Assembly: GCA_964653435.1 (NCBI GenBank)
Contig: CAZZFA010000008.1
Location: forward strand, 15,253 to 79,252
Length of the DNA: 64,000 bases
Direction: 5' to 3'
DNA from: an uncultured Planctomycetales bacterium
Lineage (GTDB): Bacteria > Planctomycetota > Phycisphaerae > UBA1845 > PWPN01
The position numbers were made by a program, and so were the translations under genes. This document shows, piece by piece, positions 30,001-38,681 of this stretch; positions within the stretch are counted from its first letter, which is position 1; each line of letters opens with the position of its first letter. The notes below the pieces were generated by a model that saw nothing but the letters and a program-made list of their open reading frames with translations, did no database searches and was not told where the DNA came from.

Positions 30001-31224
30001 GTCGAAAACGGGGTCAAACAGACCGTGGTCAAAGAGCGCGGCATCCAGAGCGTTTCCAACGAGGTCGCGGGAGTGCTCCGGGGCATCCGTGGCGCCGTGG
30101 ACGTGTTTCCAGATCAGGTTGTGGGCCGCAGCTACCTTCAGATAGACATCGATCGCGAGAAGGCGGCGCGATATGGCGTCAACGTCGCGGACATTCAGGA
30201 GGCGATTGAGGTGGCCATGGGCGGCAAGACGATTACGACCACGGTCGAGGGTCGCCGCCGGTTCCCTGTGCGCGTCCGCTACGCACGCGACTTCTGGCAG
30301 ACGCAGGAGTCGCTGAAACGCATCCTTGTGACCGGCCGCCGTGGCGGTGGTGCCGCACAGGCTGAGACTGTCGGAGCGATGGGCGCTGCGGCCGCAGGTA
30401 TGTCCACAGACTCCGGCGGCGAGGCGATGCCTGGCGGTGAGTCATTCCAGATCCCCATCACCGAAGTGGCGGACATCAAGGTCGTCGAGGGGCCGAGCGT
30501 GATCAAGAGCGAGAACGGCATGCTGCGTTCCTATGTGCAGCTCAATGTCCGCGACCGCGACATCGTCGGGTTTGTCGAGGAGGCGCAGCAGGCGGTGGCC
30601 GAGAAGGTCAAGCTGCCAGCGGGCTTCTACATCGAATGGAGCGGGCAGTTTGAACATCAGGTCAGGGCAAAGAAGACGCTTCAGATTATCTTCCCCATGG
30701 TGATCCTGCTGATCTTCGTCATCCTCTACATGACCTTCAACGATGTCCGCGATGCCATTCTCATCATCCTGGCGGTCCCGGGCGCCCTCATCGGAGGCGT
30801 CATCTTCCAGAGCCTGTTCGGGTTTAACTTCAGCGTCGCCGTATGGGTCGGCTATATTGCCTGCTTCGGCATGGCAACCCAGACGGGCATCGTCATGCTG
30901 GTCTATCTCCATGACGCGATCAACGCCCGCGGTGGGCTCGCCAAGATCAGCTCCCTCAAAGAGCTTACCGACGCGATCATCACAGGAGCCGTGCATCGGT
31001 TGCGTCCCAAGCTTATGACCGAAGGTGTGGCCATCATCGGCTTGATGCCGATGTTGTGGGCCAGCGGTGTAGGCGCCGAGGTCATGAAGCCCATGGCCGC
31101 CCCAGTCCTGGGCGGCTTGCTGGTCGCCGATGAGGTCATCGATCTGCTTCTACCGGTCATCTTCAACTGGTATCAGTCGCGTCGGTGGCGTAGGCTGCAC
31201 GCAACGTCGGCAGCATCGGCTTGA
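27049..31224 (+). CDS. cusA: HME-RND pump (CusA-like, Cu/Ag type), 1391 aa with large insertions
   Basis: GIAISIGILVDAAVVMVENA is CusA-type rather than DFG-DGA. The CusA Met-triad contexts are conserved (LDMPVT, IDMVET, RVDMLATG). ~260-aa helical insert at about residues 676-935 (nt ~29074-29853), plus extra hydrophobic segments near residues 525-585. Confidence 0.9.
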   Translation: MIPHLIEFCVRNRYIVLLLTAVVAVWGVYCVLKTPIDAIPDLSENQVIVFTDWMGRSPKEIDDQITYPLSVNLQGLAGIKAIRSSSEFNFSMINIIFDEKADFYFARTRVLERLNIASTFLPPSVVPYLAPDATALGQIFWYTVEGEGHSLDELRAIQDWYVRYQLYVPGVAEVASAGGFVREYQIDADPEKLRAYDIPLGQVFNAVARSNIAVGGKVFFENKAEYLIRGVGWLRGVGDLENVVVAERNGVPIYVRNLATVQLGPEYRRSMLEKNNREAVGGVVMMRYGENPLTVTRAIKDRIEQLQAGLPQGVRIVPFYDRTRLIEGAIHTLTGTLKEELIVASIAILLILTHIRSAIVVCSTLPLAVLVAFILMYYLGIPSNIMSLSGIAISIGILVDAAVVMVENATHELTRHFGHEKVRGDTTEIVVQACRLVGKPIFFAVVIMLISFLPVFALGGQEGKMFHPLAFTKSFAMIGVALLAVTFVPAIIPILIKGRLKHEEDNWIVRSFINIYKPVLTWLMNVPAAGLWFMGLLFIIGAGFVGSRTLFVGVLAIALFFGSVFFSRLWSKGLAFMLLLAMALWADRFPKLGREFMPPLDEGSILDMPVTVPRVSIAEASDDIRVRDEVMAHFPEVDQVVGKVGRADTPTDPSGIDMVETIVTLRPKEWWPKRKVRFEDAMVEAGELIRLLQDRGYLKKDMKPDVVESLANNAAMEASVQFDRSMRDLAFRRQVEYEPVIAKTLLAATITDLLDVFRDKGAIKNQPTATQIDRIADDLVKSHGLLLVEVPRREELVALVSAVADRLAELGDVVKTPDLLVLPESWWLDVKDAVTTAVGGEKTTLASLLFDRFEQRLHDEWVKRVRMLNWELEDHAGNAMVWSLLDALRSNADATGILQKKPTDEELQAVRDERGKAFTKRFFLWHKLKPDIVKEMDSELQMPGWGNIWTQPIINRVDMLATGVRTMIGVKVFGPRLEDLTEERVENGVKQTVVKERGIQSVSNEVAGVLRGIRGAVDVFPDQVVGRSYLQIDIDREKAARYGVNVADIQEAIEVAMGGKTITTTVEGRRRFPVRVRYARDFWQTQESLKRILVTGRRGGGAAQAETVGAMGAAAAGMSTDSGGEAMPGGESFQIPITEVADIKVVEGPSVIKSENGMLRSYVQLNVRDRDIVGFVEEAQQAVAEKVKLPAGFYIEWSGQFEHQVRAKKTLQIIFPMVILLIFVILYMTFNDVRDAILIILAVPGALIGGVIFQSLFGFNFSVAVWVGYIACFGMATQTGIVMLVYLHDAINARGGLAKISSLKELTDAIITGAVHRLRPKLMTEGVAIIGLMPMLWASGVGAEVMKPMAAPVLGGLLVADEVIDLLLPVIFNWYQSRRWRRLHATSAASA

Positions 31225-31616
31225 GGTCTGACCTCGTGCAATGCCGCCGTCCATCAAATCCGGAGCGTCATGCCGGATGGTGCTGCTACCGGGAGACGAC
31301 GTCCAGCCTGGTAAGCTGAGCGTTGGGACCCCGGAACGTCAGTGTTTCCGATGTATCAGCGGCACCATGGTCACACCCGCCAAGCCTAGTGCTCGCCTTC
31401 GTAAGTGGCGTGTCCACAAGGTCCTGTCACGGTCTGGCAACGTGATGACCCGCCGCTGGCAACATGCGCCCGCCGCCCCAGCCGGCGGCCCTTGCCGAGA
31501 GGCATCCGGACCAGCCGGTTACCTGCCGCGAAACCCGCCTCGTCAGGCGGCCCACACCGCCTCGTTGGCGTGATTCTCGACCAACCAAGAGGTGACCAAC
31601 CTCGATGGTGCCGGAG

Positions 31617-31697
31617 GGCGCGCGCCTCGCGCAAGCGAAACCCTGCCAGGAGCCTGCGCTGCGTTGCGCCGAGATGGCGTCGTTGATTGGTCCAGCC
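31617..31697 (+). repeat. 81-bp dispersed repeat, copy 1
   Basis: ggcgcgcgcctcgcgcaagcgaaaccctgccaggagcctgcgctgcgttgcgccgagatggcgtcgttgattggtccagcc. Matches copy 2 at 73/81 positions in direct orientation. Confidence 0.8.
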
Positions 31698-31835
31698 GGG
31701 CTGAAATGGGACTCCCGATCCGACCGCATAATAGGTAAGCGAGAATTGTGCCATGCTGCGGTCTCGATCTCGGGATCGCATAGGAGACCATGCAAAAGGC
31801 GTGAGACATGTATCGATCGAAAGGAGCGATGAGAC

Positions 31836-32051
31836 ATGGCTGATTTCTTTGGAACTGACAAGAACGAAATCACGCTGGAGGCATACCAGCTGCGTCAGGA
31901 GATGCTTGAGCAGGCTCGCAAGGCGGAGGAGGCCATGTGGAATTGGGGTTTTGATGACAGCCAAGCCGGTCGCATGCCCCGGTTCACATCAGGTAGCTAC
32001 AAGAAGGGGTATGATACGGCTGGCCGTTTCAGACTCGACAACAGCATCTGA
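31836..32051 (+). CDS. Hypothetical small protein (71 aa)
   Basis: AGGAG lies 9 nt upstream of the ATG. Product MADFFGTDKNEITLEAYQLRQEMLEQARKAEEAMWNWGFDD... No recognised family. Confidence 0.4.
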   Translation: MADFFGTDKNEITLEAYQLRQEMLEQARKAEEAMWNWGFDDSQAGRMPRFTSGSYKKGYDTAGRFRLDNSI

Positions 32052-32331
32052 CAGCCGGTAGTGTCGGTCGTCAACGCGATAAAGCGTTAATGGTGGTGTC
32101 ACGAGAACGAGGATGCGCAATCGGCTGGCACTGATTTTCGAATCAGATGATGCTGGCGTGGTGTGGCAAGCGGTCGCTCTCGATCGTCGCATTGTCTCAG
32201 CGAGTGGAGCATGTCAGCAATGCGCCGATCTCGGGTGAGTATGAACCTAAGCTCAGACATCGTCCGCCATCAGATCTCATCCTTGAAATGGATAGCCTGA
32301 TGGAAAGTCGTGCTACCCGGGGGAAGGAGCG

Positions 32332-32958
32332 ATGATTATGGCTCATCATTTCAGCGGACGAAGGGTATTGCTCGTGGGCAGATGCTCGAGGTCGGAAGAA
32401 GCACATTTCATGATGGCCCGGAGGAGCACGCTTCTCATCAAGAATCAAGCCGAGGGGCGAGCACGCTGGCCTGATTGGTTTGTCCGCACCATCTGCGAGT
32501 GGATCTACCAGCAGACTGGTCTCGAGCATGGCGGTCCTCGCGCGCTTATCCTTCGTCCGGCCGATCCCGAACGACCGGATTATCTGGGAGGCGTGAGCGA
32601 TCCGCTGCACGGGCGGATCGAGATCATCCTGCACCGACGCGTCTCAGATTTCAAACCAAAGAAATCCCACCGCCATTGGGCCAGGATCCTCGATATTCGC
32701 TGTCGAGTGGAGTTCTTCGTTTTTCTGATTGCCCACGAAATGAGGCACTGGATGCCGGAAAACACCGGGCAATTCCCGGGTCGAGCGCACAAAGACCGAT
32801 GGCACCGAGTGCGTGCCGAGTTCGATGCGGACCAGTATGCTCAATGCATAGTCGACAAGTTCCGTCGCGAGTGGCCCATGATACGGGCCAGCGCCATACG
32901 GACGCTCCGCGAGGGACGCCTGCAAGAGCAACGCTTGCGGGAGAGGCCGATCCGGTAG
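32332..32958 (+). CDS. Hypothetical protein with HExxH motif (putative zinc metallopeptidase-like)
   Basis: FLIAHEMRHWMPEN. GGAAGGAG lies upstream, so the start is 32332 or 32338. No recognised family. Confidence 0.5.
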   Translation: MIMAHHFSGRRVLLVGRCSRSEEAHFMMARRSTLLIKNQAEGRARWPDWFVRTICEWIYQQTGLEHGGPRALILRPADPERPDYLGGVSDPLHGRIEIILHRRVSDFKPKKSHRHWARILDIRCRVEFFVFLIAHEMRHWMPENTGQFPGRAHKDRWHRVRAEFDADQYAQCIVDKFRREWPMIRASAIRTLREGRLQEQRLRERPIR

Positions 32959-32979
32959 TCCTGAGAGCGGAGGGCTCGC

Positions 32980-33930
32980 ATGACAACCTACGAGACCAGA
33001 CTGACGGCCGGCATCACTCGTACGAAGGAGTTTGAGCGCAAGCGGCTGGCGCGTTTCGCGGTCAACATCGGAACCAAATGTGGACACGGATGTGCTTACT
33101 GCAGCACGGGGGCACTGTTGCGGATGCACCGGTCGTTTGTGCAGGCCGGTCGCAGCTCCTTTGAACAGGGCTTCTCGATCGTGGATCCTAACACGCCGGA
33201 GCGCGTGGCACGCGATGCTCGCCGCATTCGTCGACGGGGCATGGTACAGCTCTGTACCACTGTAGATGCATGGTCGCCCGAGGCCCAGAAACACAATCTG
33301 GGCCGACGGTGCCTGGAGGCCATCCTCTCCGAGCCCGGATGGACCGTCCGCATCCTCACAAAGAACGCCGCGGTCGCTCGCGATTTCGACCTGGTGAGTG
33401 AGCACAGGGACCGTGTTCTGGTCGGGCTCAGCATGACTGCCCCGGCAAAAAGGGCGGCCGTTATGTCGGCAATTGAGCCCAACGCCTCGCCGCTGGAGGA
33501 CCGCGTGGCGGCTTGGCGGGAGGCACATGCACGTGGCCTGCGTACGTATGCGATGTTCTGCCCCTTGCTGCCTGGCATCGCTGATGCTCCAGAAGATGTC
33601 GACCAGTTGGTGAGGCTCGCGGTGAAACATGGGGCGGAGGAGCTTTTCACAGAGCCGGTGAATGCACGCGGCCCCGGGCTTCGATTGACGCAGGAGGCGT
33701 TGCAGGAACACGGGTTTGAAGCTGAAGCCCGCGTGGTAGGACAGATCCGTCACGCTGAGGCTTGGTCTGAGTACGTCGCGCGTCTCATTGCCAACGTGCA
33801 ACGCGGCATGCGGGCGCACTGGGACATCGATAAGCTCCGCATCCTGCTGTATCCATCGCGCGTCCGAGAAGCACACCGGGAACAAATACGCCGAGATGAT
33901 GCTGGCGTAGTGTGGCTGGGCAAGGACTGA
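32980..33930 (+). CDS. Radical SAM protein (SPL/DNA-repair-photolyase-like family)
   Basis: CxxxCxxC cluster motif NIGTKCGHGCAYCSTG near the N-terminus. ~316 aa TIM-barrel-sized protein. Its layout resembles the SplB/COG1533-type family. Confidence 0.7.
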   Translation: MTTYETRLTAGITRTKEFERKRLARFAVNIGTKCGHGCAYCSTGALLRMHRSFVQAGRSSFEQGFSIVDPNTPERVARDARRIRRRGMVQLCTTVDAWSPEAQKHNLGRRCLEAILSEPGWTVRILTKNAAVARDFDLVSEHRDRVLVGLSMTAPAKRAAVMSAIEPNASPLEDRVAAWREAHARGLRTYAMFCPLLPGIADAPEDVDQLVRLAVKHGAEELFTEPVNARGPGLRLTQEALQEHGFEAEARVVGQIRHAEAWSEYVARLIANVQRGMRAHWDIDKLRILLYPSRVREAHREQIRRDDAGVVWLGKD

Positions 33931-34048
33931 CGACATATCAGGCTACTCTGCCCGGCCAGCTTTCGCCGCCGTGACAGTTCGCTTCGGACGAGCAGGGTCG
34001 TCACCGGACGCGACTGACCAAGGCGTGAGCAACTCCAACTTAACCCAA

Positions 34049-34129
34049 GGCGCGCGTCTCGCGCAAGCGACACCCTGCCAGGAGCCTGCCCCGCGTTGCG
34101 CCGAGCCGGCGTCGTCGATCGGTCCAGCC
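34049..34129 (+). repeat. 81-bp dispersed repeat, copy 2
   Basis: ggcgcgcgtctcgcgcaagcgacaccctgccaggagcctgccccgcgttgcgccgagccggcgtcgtcgatcggtccagcc. Same orientation as copy 1, 2432 bp downstream. Confidence 0.8.
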
Positions 34130-34416
34130 TGGCCAACCGGACATCGTGTTTGACGTCACAGCGATGCTCCCTCGCCCGGATCAAATCTGACTGACCGGCT
34201 TTAACCGGTTCATGGATGAGCCGCACTCGCGCTGCCTGGCGGATATCTACCTGCGCCATGTTCAAGACGTGGCCGACCGGTTGGACAAGGCGTTTCCCGA
34301 TTAGTACAAGGATGCCGTCAAGACGATGCGAGACAACATCACGGTCGTGATAGAGTCCTAAACGACCAGGTATCGCTGACGAGGCGTACGGGTCGGTTTG
34401 GTACGGTGTAACCAGC

Positions 34417-35694
34417 ATGAAACATCTTGTACCGAATGTCGGCGCGGCAGGCATCCTGCTGGCAGTTCTCCCGGTGTGCGGCACCGTGGCGGCATCTTCG
34501 GAACCCGCCGCTTCGTCACGCCCTCAGGTGATGGTGGTTGAAGGCGGCGAGTCAAAGGCGCGGCCCGAAGATTGTCGGGCGATCCTCGTCGGCCCCCAAA
34601 TCAATCAACCCGACCCATTCCCCGGCTACGGCGGCTTCGTGGGCTGGGAATCCCCGGTGAGTCTCAAGAGCGGTGATTGGCTCGTGGGATTCAACGCGGG
34701 ATACTGGCATGCCTCGGCGCCCACGCCGCTGCGTTATCCGGCCAAGATGCTCGACGAATACCGCAAGCTGGGGCTGCCGGCCGGGATTGTCGCGCCAACC
34801 GGTGGCCGGGCGATGATCATGCGATCGAAGGACCAGGGCAAGACCTGGAGTAAGCCCGTGACGCTGATCGACACGCCGGCCGATGACCGACACCCGGCTT
34901 TCGTGGAACTGAGTGACGGGACGTTGCTCTGCTCTTTCTTCTCGTACATGGGCGAACCGGAGGGCGGTGAATGGAAGGATCCGACGCTGGCCGTGCGCGT
35001 TCACTTCATCCGTTCCTTCGACGGCGGCCGCACCTGGGAGAAGAAACCCATTCTGCTGCGCACCCCTTTCTCGTATGACGAGACCGACGGCCCGCTGGTC
35101 AGGTTGAAGGATGGCTCGGTACTCGTCGCGATCAATGGCCGGCCCGCCAGCGGACCGCCGGACCAGGCGGCCGTGCTCCGTTCCGCCGACCGTGGCCAGA
35201 CGTGGACAATGCTCGGGACGGTTCGAGCCTCGCATGCTCTGCAGGAGGTGACCGTGGCGGAACTGCCCGGCGGCGAATGGGTGATGATGGCACGGCCTGA
35301 AGGTGATATCAGTTGGTCGCGCGACCGGGGCCGAACGTGGACCACGCCGGTCACCTTCGGGATGAGAATGTTCGCTCCGAGTCTTTATGTGCTGCGGGAC
35401 AGGACCCTTCTTTGCCTGCACGGTTCCTACGGGCGTGGAGGGCTGCGTGTGATCTTCAGCCGGGATGGCGGCCACACTTGGATCGCGCCGGGAAAGGATT
35501 ACGGCTTCCTGGTGGACCAATCCTATGGCTATGGCAAGGCGATGGAACTGCCCGACGGCTCGATGTTCGTGACGTACCTGGCCACCGGAGGTCACCAGAC
35601 CTCGGACGCACAAGGAAACGCCATCCGCTGCATCCGGTTCCGGGTGCGCCCCGATTACTCGGGCATTGATCTGCTCCCCGCACCGAACCGATGA
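34417..35694 (+). CDS. Secreted BNR-repeat (sialidase/exo-alpha-sialidase-like) beta-propeller protein
   Basis: Signal peptide. Five SxDxGxTW repeats (SKDQGKTWS, SFDGGRTWE, SADRGQTWT, SRDRGRTWT, SRDGGHTWI). Confidence 0.8.
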   Translation: MKHLVPNVGAAGILLAVLPVCGTVAASSEPAASSRPQVMVVEGGESKARPEDCRAILVGPQINQPDPFPGYGGFVGWESPVSLKSGDWLVGFNAGYWHASAPTPLRYPAKMLDEYRKLGLPAGIVAPTGGRAMIMRSKDQGKTWSKPVTLIDTPADDRHPAFVELSDGTLLCSFFSYMGEPEGGEWKDPTLAVRVHFIRSFDGGRTWEKKPILLRTPFSYDETDGPLVRLKDGSVLVAINGRPASGPPDQAAVLRSADRGQTWTMLGTVRASHALQEVTVAELPGGEWVMMARPEGDISWSRDRGRTWTTPVTFGMRMFAPSLYVLRDRTLLCLHGSYGRGGLRVIFSRDGGHTWIAPGKDYGFLVDQSYGYGKAMELPDGSMFVTYLATGGHQTSDAQGNAIRCIRFRVRPDYSGIDLLPAPNR

Positions 35695-35700
35695 CCTTGG

Positions 35701-38463
35701 ATGACGCGTTTTCAGAGGCGCTCAATGAACAGGCGAATCACGCAGATGAAAGTGGCGGCCGGGTTGGCCATGGTGGGTGTCGGTGTTGCGCTCGCGACGG
35801 AATCGCTGGGTTCCCCGCCGACGATGACGGAGGCTGCCGAGTTGGACAAACTGGCGGGCCAACCGCTGGATATCGCCCCCTGGGCCTATGAGTGGCGGGC
35901 CGACGTGGCTGTCCAGAAGCAGCCGGAAGCCTACTTCATCCCGCGGCGCCTCGACAGGATGGACAAGGTCTACCGAACTGCCTGCCGCGAGCTTCCGCGG
36001 GATCAACTGAAGAGTATCTTCTACGACTCAACTGATTTGATGAATCCTCTTCTCCCGAAGCCTAAAGGCGAGTTGATCGCCGGACTGCTTTGGACGGGAA
36101 GACTAACGGACTACAAGGTAGAGCTGCGCTGGCCCAAGGGCGTCCCGATTCCCTCGCCCGAATCGGTGGAGGTGAGGGATTACCCGACACCGTTCGGCTG
36201 GTTCGGATGGACCGTGGATAGAATCCTCGCCAATCCTGAGATCGCGGAGGATGGCAGGAAGTGGACCTACAAGAGCGCCCCGGGCGGCCGGATGAACAGC
36301 GCCTACAACGTGCGCGTCCCTGCGGCGACGGAGATGGTCGCCGTCTTTTGCACAGAGAAGCCTGGCGGCAAGCCAGCCGTGCCGGCCATCGGCGTGACCA
36401 GCCCGGAGGTTGGGTCCTGGAGCCGGATGAGGCTGGAGATCGAGTGGGGCTTTCAGTCCAGAAAGTCGCTGCAGCCATTTGACGGCAGGATCGAGCCTTC
36501 ATTTGCGATGGTCGGCGAGGTTGCTCCACTTCCCGGAGACAAGGGGACCACCATAACCCGCAGCGGATGGCGTTCGCAGGCTGGGGACGGCGCAAGGAGA
36601 GGCGTGACCGTGGAGGTGCTCTACGCGCCTCAGGCCAAGCTCGCGCTCGATAGCCGCATCACGATATGGACCAAGTCCACCGGCTTCACCTTCCGCATCA
36701 CCGATCTCGAGAAGGGCCCGATCTACATCCCTTGCCACGACGTCCTCATCGTGAAGGCCGGCAGCGGGATCATCGCGAAGCAGTTCGTCAAGGACCTTGC
36801 CGCAAAGAACCTGAAGAGCGTTCGGCAGATGACTCGCGAGCATCCCGAAGCGGCGTCCTGGGATCAGTTGATGCAGGAGGTCCGGTTCTGGACCTGCCCG
36901 GAGAAGCCGGAAGTCGCGCCTTTCCCGCACGTTCAGGATCCGGTCATGCGAGTGCAGGTTCCGGATCAGAAATGGACAGACGCCTGGCGAGCAAACTCAG
37001 CCCAGTTGCAGGGGCCGCATCTTTGGGGAACGCTCGCCTTCGAGGTCGGCCGTGTCGCTCGTGACATGGAGCTGATAGGCCTGCATCCGGAGGCCGATCG
37101 CGTATACGAGTTGTTTCTCGGCAATCCCGGCACCAGGTCCGATGGTGATTTCGTGGATGGCGATGGTGCACTTGAGGTCGCGAGGGGCATGCGGCATGAC
37201 ATGGGCTACAGTCACGAAGGCACCCATGCCTCCACCGGGCGGCTTCTGCTGGCCATGTCCGAGCGCTATTTCCTGACGGGTGACAAGGAGTGGTTTCTGA
37301 AGAACCGGGCACGGCTCCAGGCTGCCGCGGATTGGATCATCCGCCAGCGCACGCAGTACCTGAAGGAGATCCCGAATCGCAATGATCTCCTGGTTGCGGG
37401 CCTGATGCCCCCTCAGATGCTCGGGGACTACTTCCTCCCAGCCTGTGACTGGCGTTGGTACTACGCCGCAAACGCCCTGGATCTGCAGGGGCTCCAGCGG
37501 TTTGCGGATGTCTTGATGGAACTCGACCCGGAGACCGGACGGAAGTACCAGGCGGAGGCCGAGGCATTCCGAAAAGACATAAGACGGGTGGTTGAGAGGG
37601 ACGTGACGCTCTCGCCCGTTCGTCTCGGGCGCGACGGAGCGTACCATAGCTTCATACCGAGAATGCCGTACGCACGGGGGCTGACCGGGCCCGAGCTCGA
37701 AGCGCCGGAATTTCCTGACACAGACCTCTTCTGCATTCAAAACGTACTGGCTGAGCCCTTTGCGGCCTACGACCCGAACGACGTTCGCATCGCCGACACC
37801 GCTGATATGCTCGATGAGCTCGGGACCTATGCCAAGGCAGCGCAGGAGAAGATGGAACAGCGTAAAACGAAGGGGCTGCCGACAGACGATGCCTGGTTCT
37901 GGACTCCCTTCCTGATCCTTCCCAAGGCCTCGCTCAACGCCAACACCTACCTGTTGCAGGACGACGTTCCGAACTTCCTCCGGTTCTTCGGCAACCACTA
38001 CGCAACGGTAACCGGCTCAGATGGCAGGTTGTGGGAGCATTCTCACCTCGGTCAGTTCACCAAGTGCGAGACCCCGGACAACGGAACGGCCGGTTGGTTT
38101 GTTGAGAACTTTCGCAACATGCTGGTCACGGAGGAGGGGCAGTCCCTCTGGATAGCGCGGGGGACCCCCAGGGCGTGGCTGGGGCAAGGCAAGAGGATTG
38201 CGGTCGGGAACGCGCCGACTTACTTCGGGGCTGTGGCGTACGAAATCGTGTCAGACGCGGACAACGGCAGGATCGCCGCCACCGTCGAGATTCCGAGCCG
38301 GCGGCCGCCCGCGCGCGTTCTCGTTCGCTTCCGTCATCCCAGGGCGGCGCCGATCAAGAGCGTGATGGTCAACGGCCAGTTGTGGACCCGATTCAACAGG
38401 GACAAAGAGGTCATCGAGTTGATGGGGTTGACGGGCAAGGTGTCTGTTGCTGCCAGTTATTGA
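35701..38463 (+). CDS. Large secreted hypothetical protein, possibly a glycoside-hydrolase-like (alpha/alpha) toroid protein
   Basis: 920-aa ORF with a signal-like N-terminus (MKVAAGLAMVGVGVALA, possible start at 35746). Sits between two glycan-active genes. No diagnostic motif recognised. Confidence 0.55.
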   Translation: MTRFQRRSMNRRITQMKVAAGLAMVGVGVALATESLGSPPTMTEAAELDKLAGQPLDIAPWAYEWRADVAVQKQPEAYFIPRRLDRMDKVYRTACRELPRDQLKSIFYDSTDLMNPLLPKPKGELIAGLLWTGRLTDYKVELRWPKGVPIPSPESVEVRDYPTPFGWFGWTVDRILANPEIAEDGRKWTYKSAPGGRMNSAYNVRVPAATEMVAVFCTEKPGGKPAVPAIGVTSPEVGSWSRMRLEIEWGFQSRKSLQPFDGRIEPSFAMVGEVAPLPGDKGTTITRSGWRSQAGDGARRGVTVEVLYAPQAKLALDSRITIWTKSTGFTFRITDLEKGPIYIPCHDVLIVKAGSGIIAKQFVKDLAAKNLKSVRQMTREHPEAASWDQLMQEVRFWTCPEKPEVAPFPHVQDPVMRVQVPDQKWTDAWRANSAQLQGPHLWGTLAFEVGRVARDMELIGLHPEADRVYELFLGNPGTRSDGDFVDGDGALEVARGMRHDMGYSHEGTHASTGRLLLAMSERYFLTGDKEWFLKNRARLQAAADWIIRQRTQYLKEIPNRNDLLVAGLMPPQMLGDYFLPACDWRWYYAANALDLQGLQRFADVLMELDPETGRKYQAEAEAFRKDIRRVVERDVTLSPVRLGRDGAYHSFIPRMPYARGLTGPELEAPEFPDTDLFCIQNVLAEPFAAYDPNDVRIADTADMLDELGTYAKAAQEKMEQRKTKGLPTDDAWFWTPFLILPKASLNANTYLLQDDVPNFLRFFGNHYATVTGSDGRLWEHSHLGQFTKCETPDNGTAGWFVENFRNMLVTEEGQSLWIARGTPRAWLGQGKRIAVGNAPTYFGAVAYEIVSDADNGRIAATVEIPSRRPPARVLVRFRHPRAAPIKSVMVNGQLWTRFNRDKEVIELMGLTGKVSVAASY

Positions 38464-38681
38464 CCCGGGATTCGAGGAGCGATGGACCGCGCCGGAAGAG
38501 GGTTCCGTCGAGTTCGCGGCCGTGTTCACTAACACTGGTGGCGACGCGACGACGGACGTTCACGTGTACGGCGCTTCCTCGTGATACTTCGATGCGGTGT
38601 CATTCTGATTCCTGCTCAGGCTTCGACAGAGACCGCTGAGAGATTGGTGCCGAACCCAATGCAGTGCTAAAATCGGCTCGC

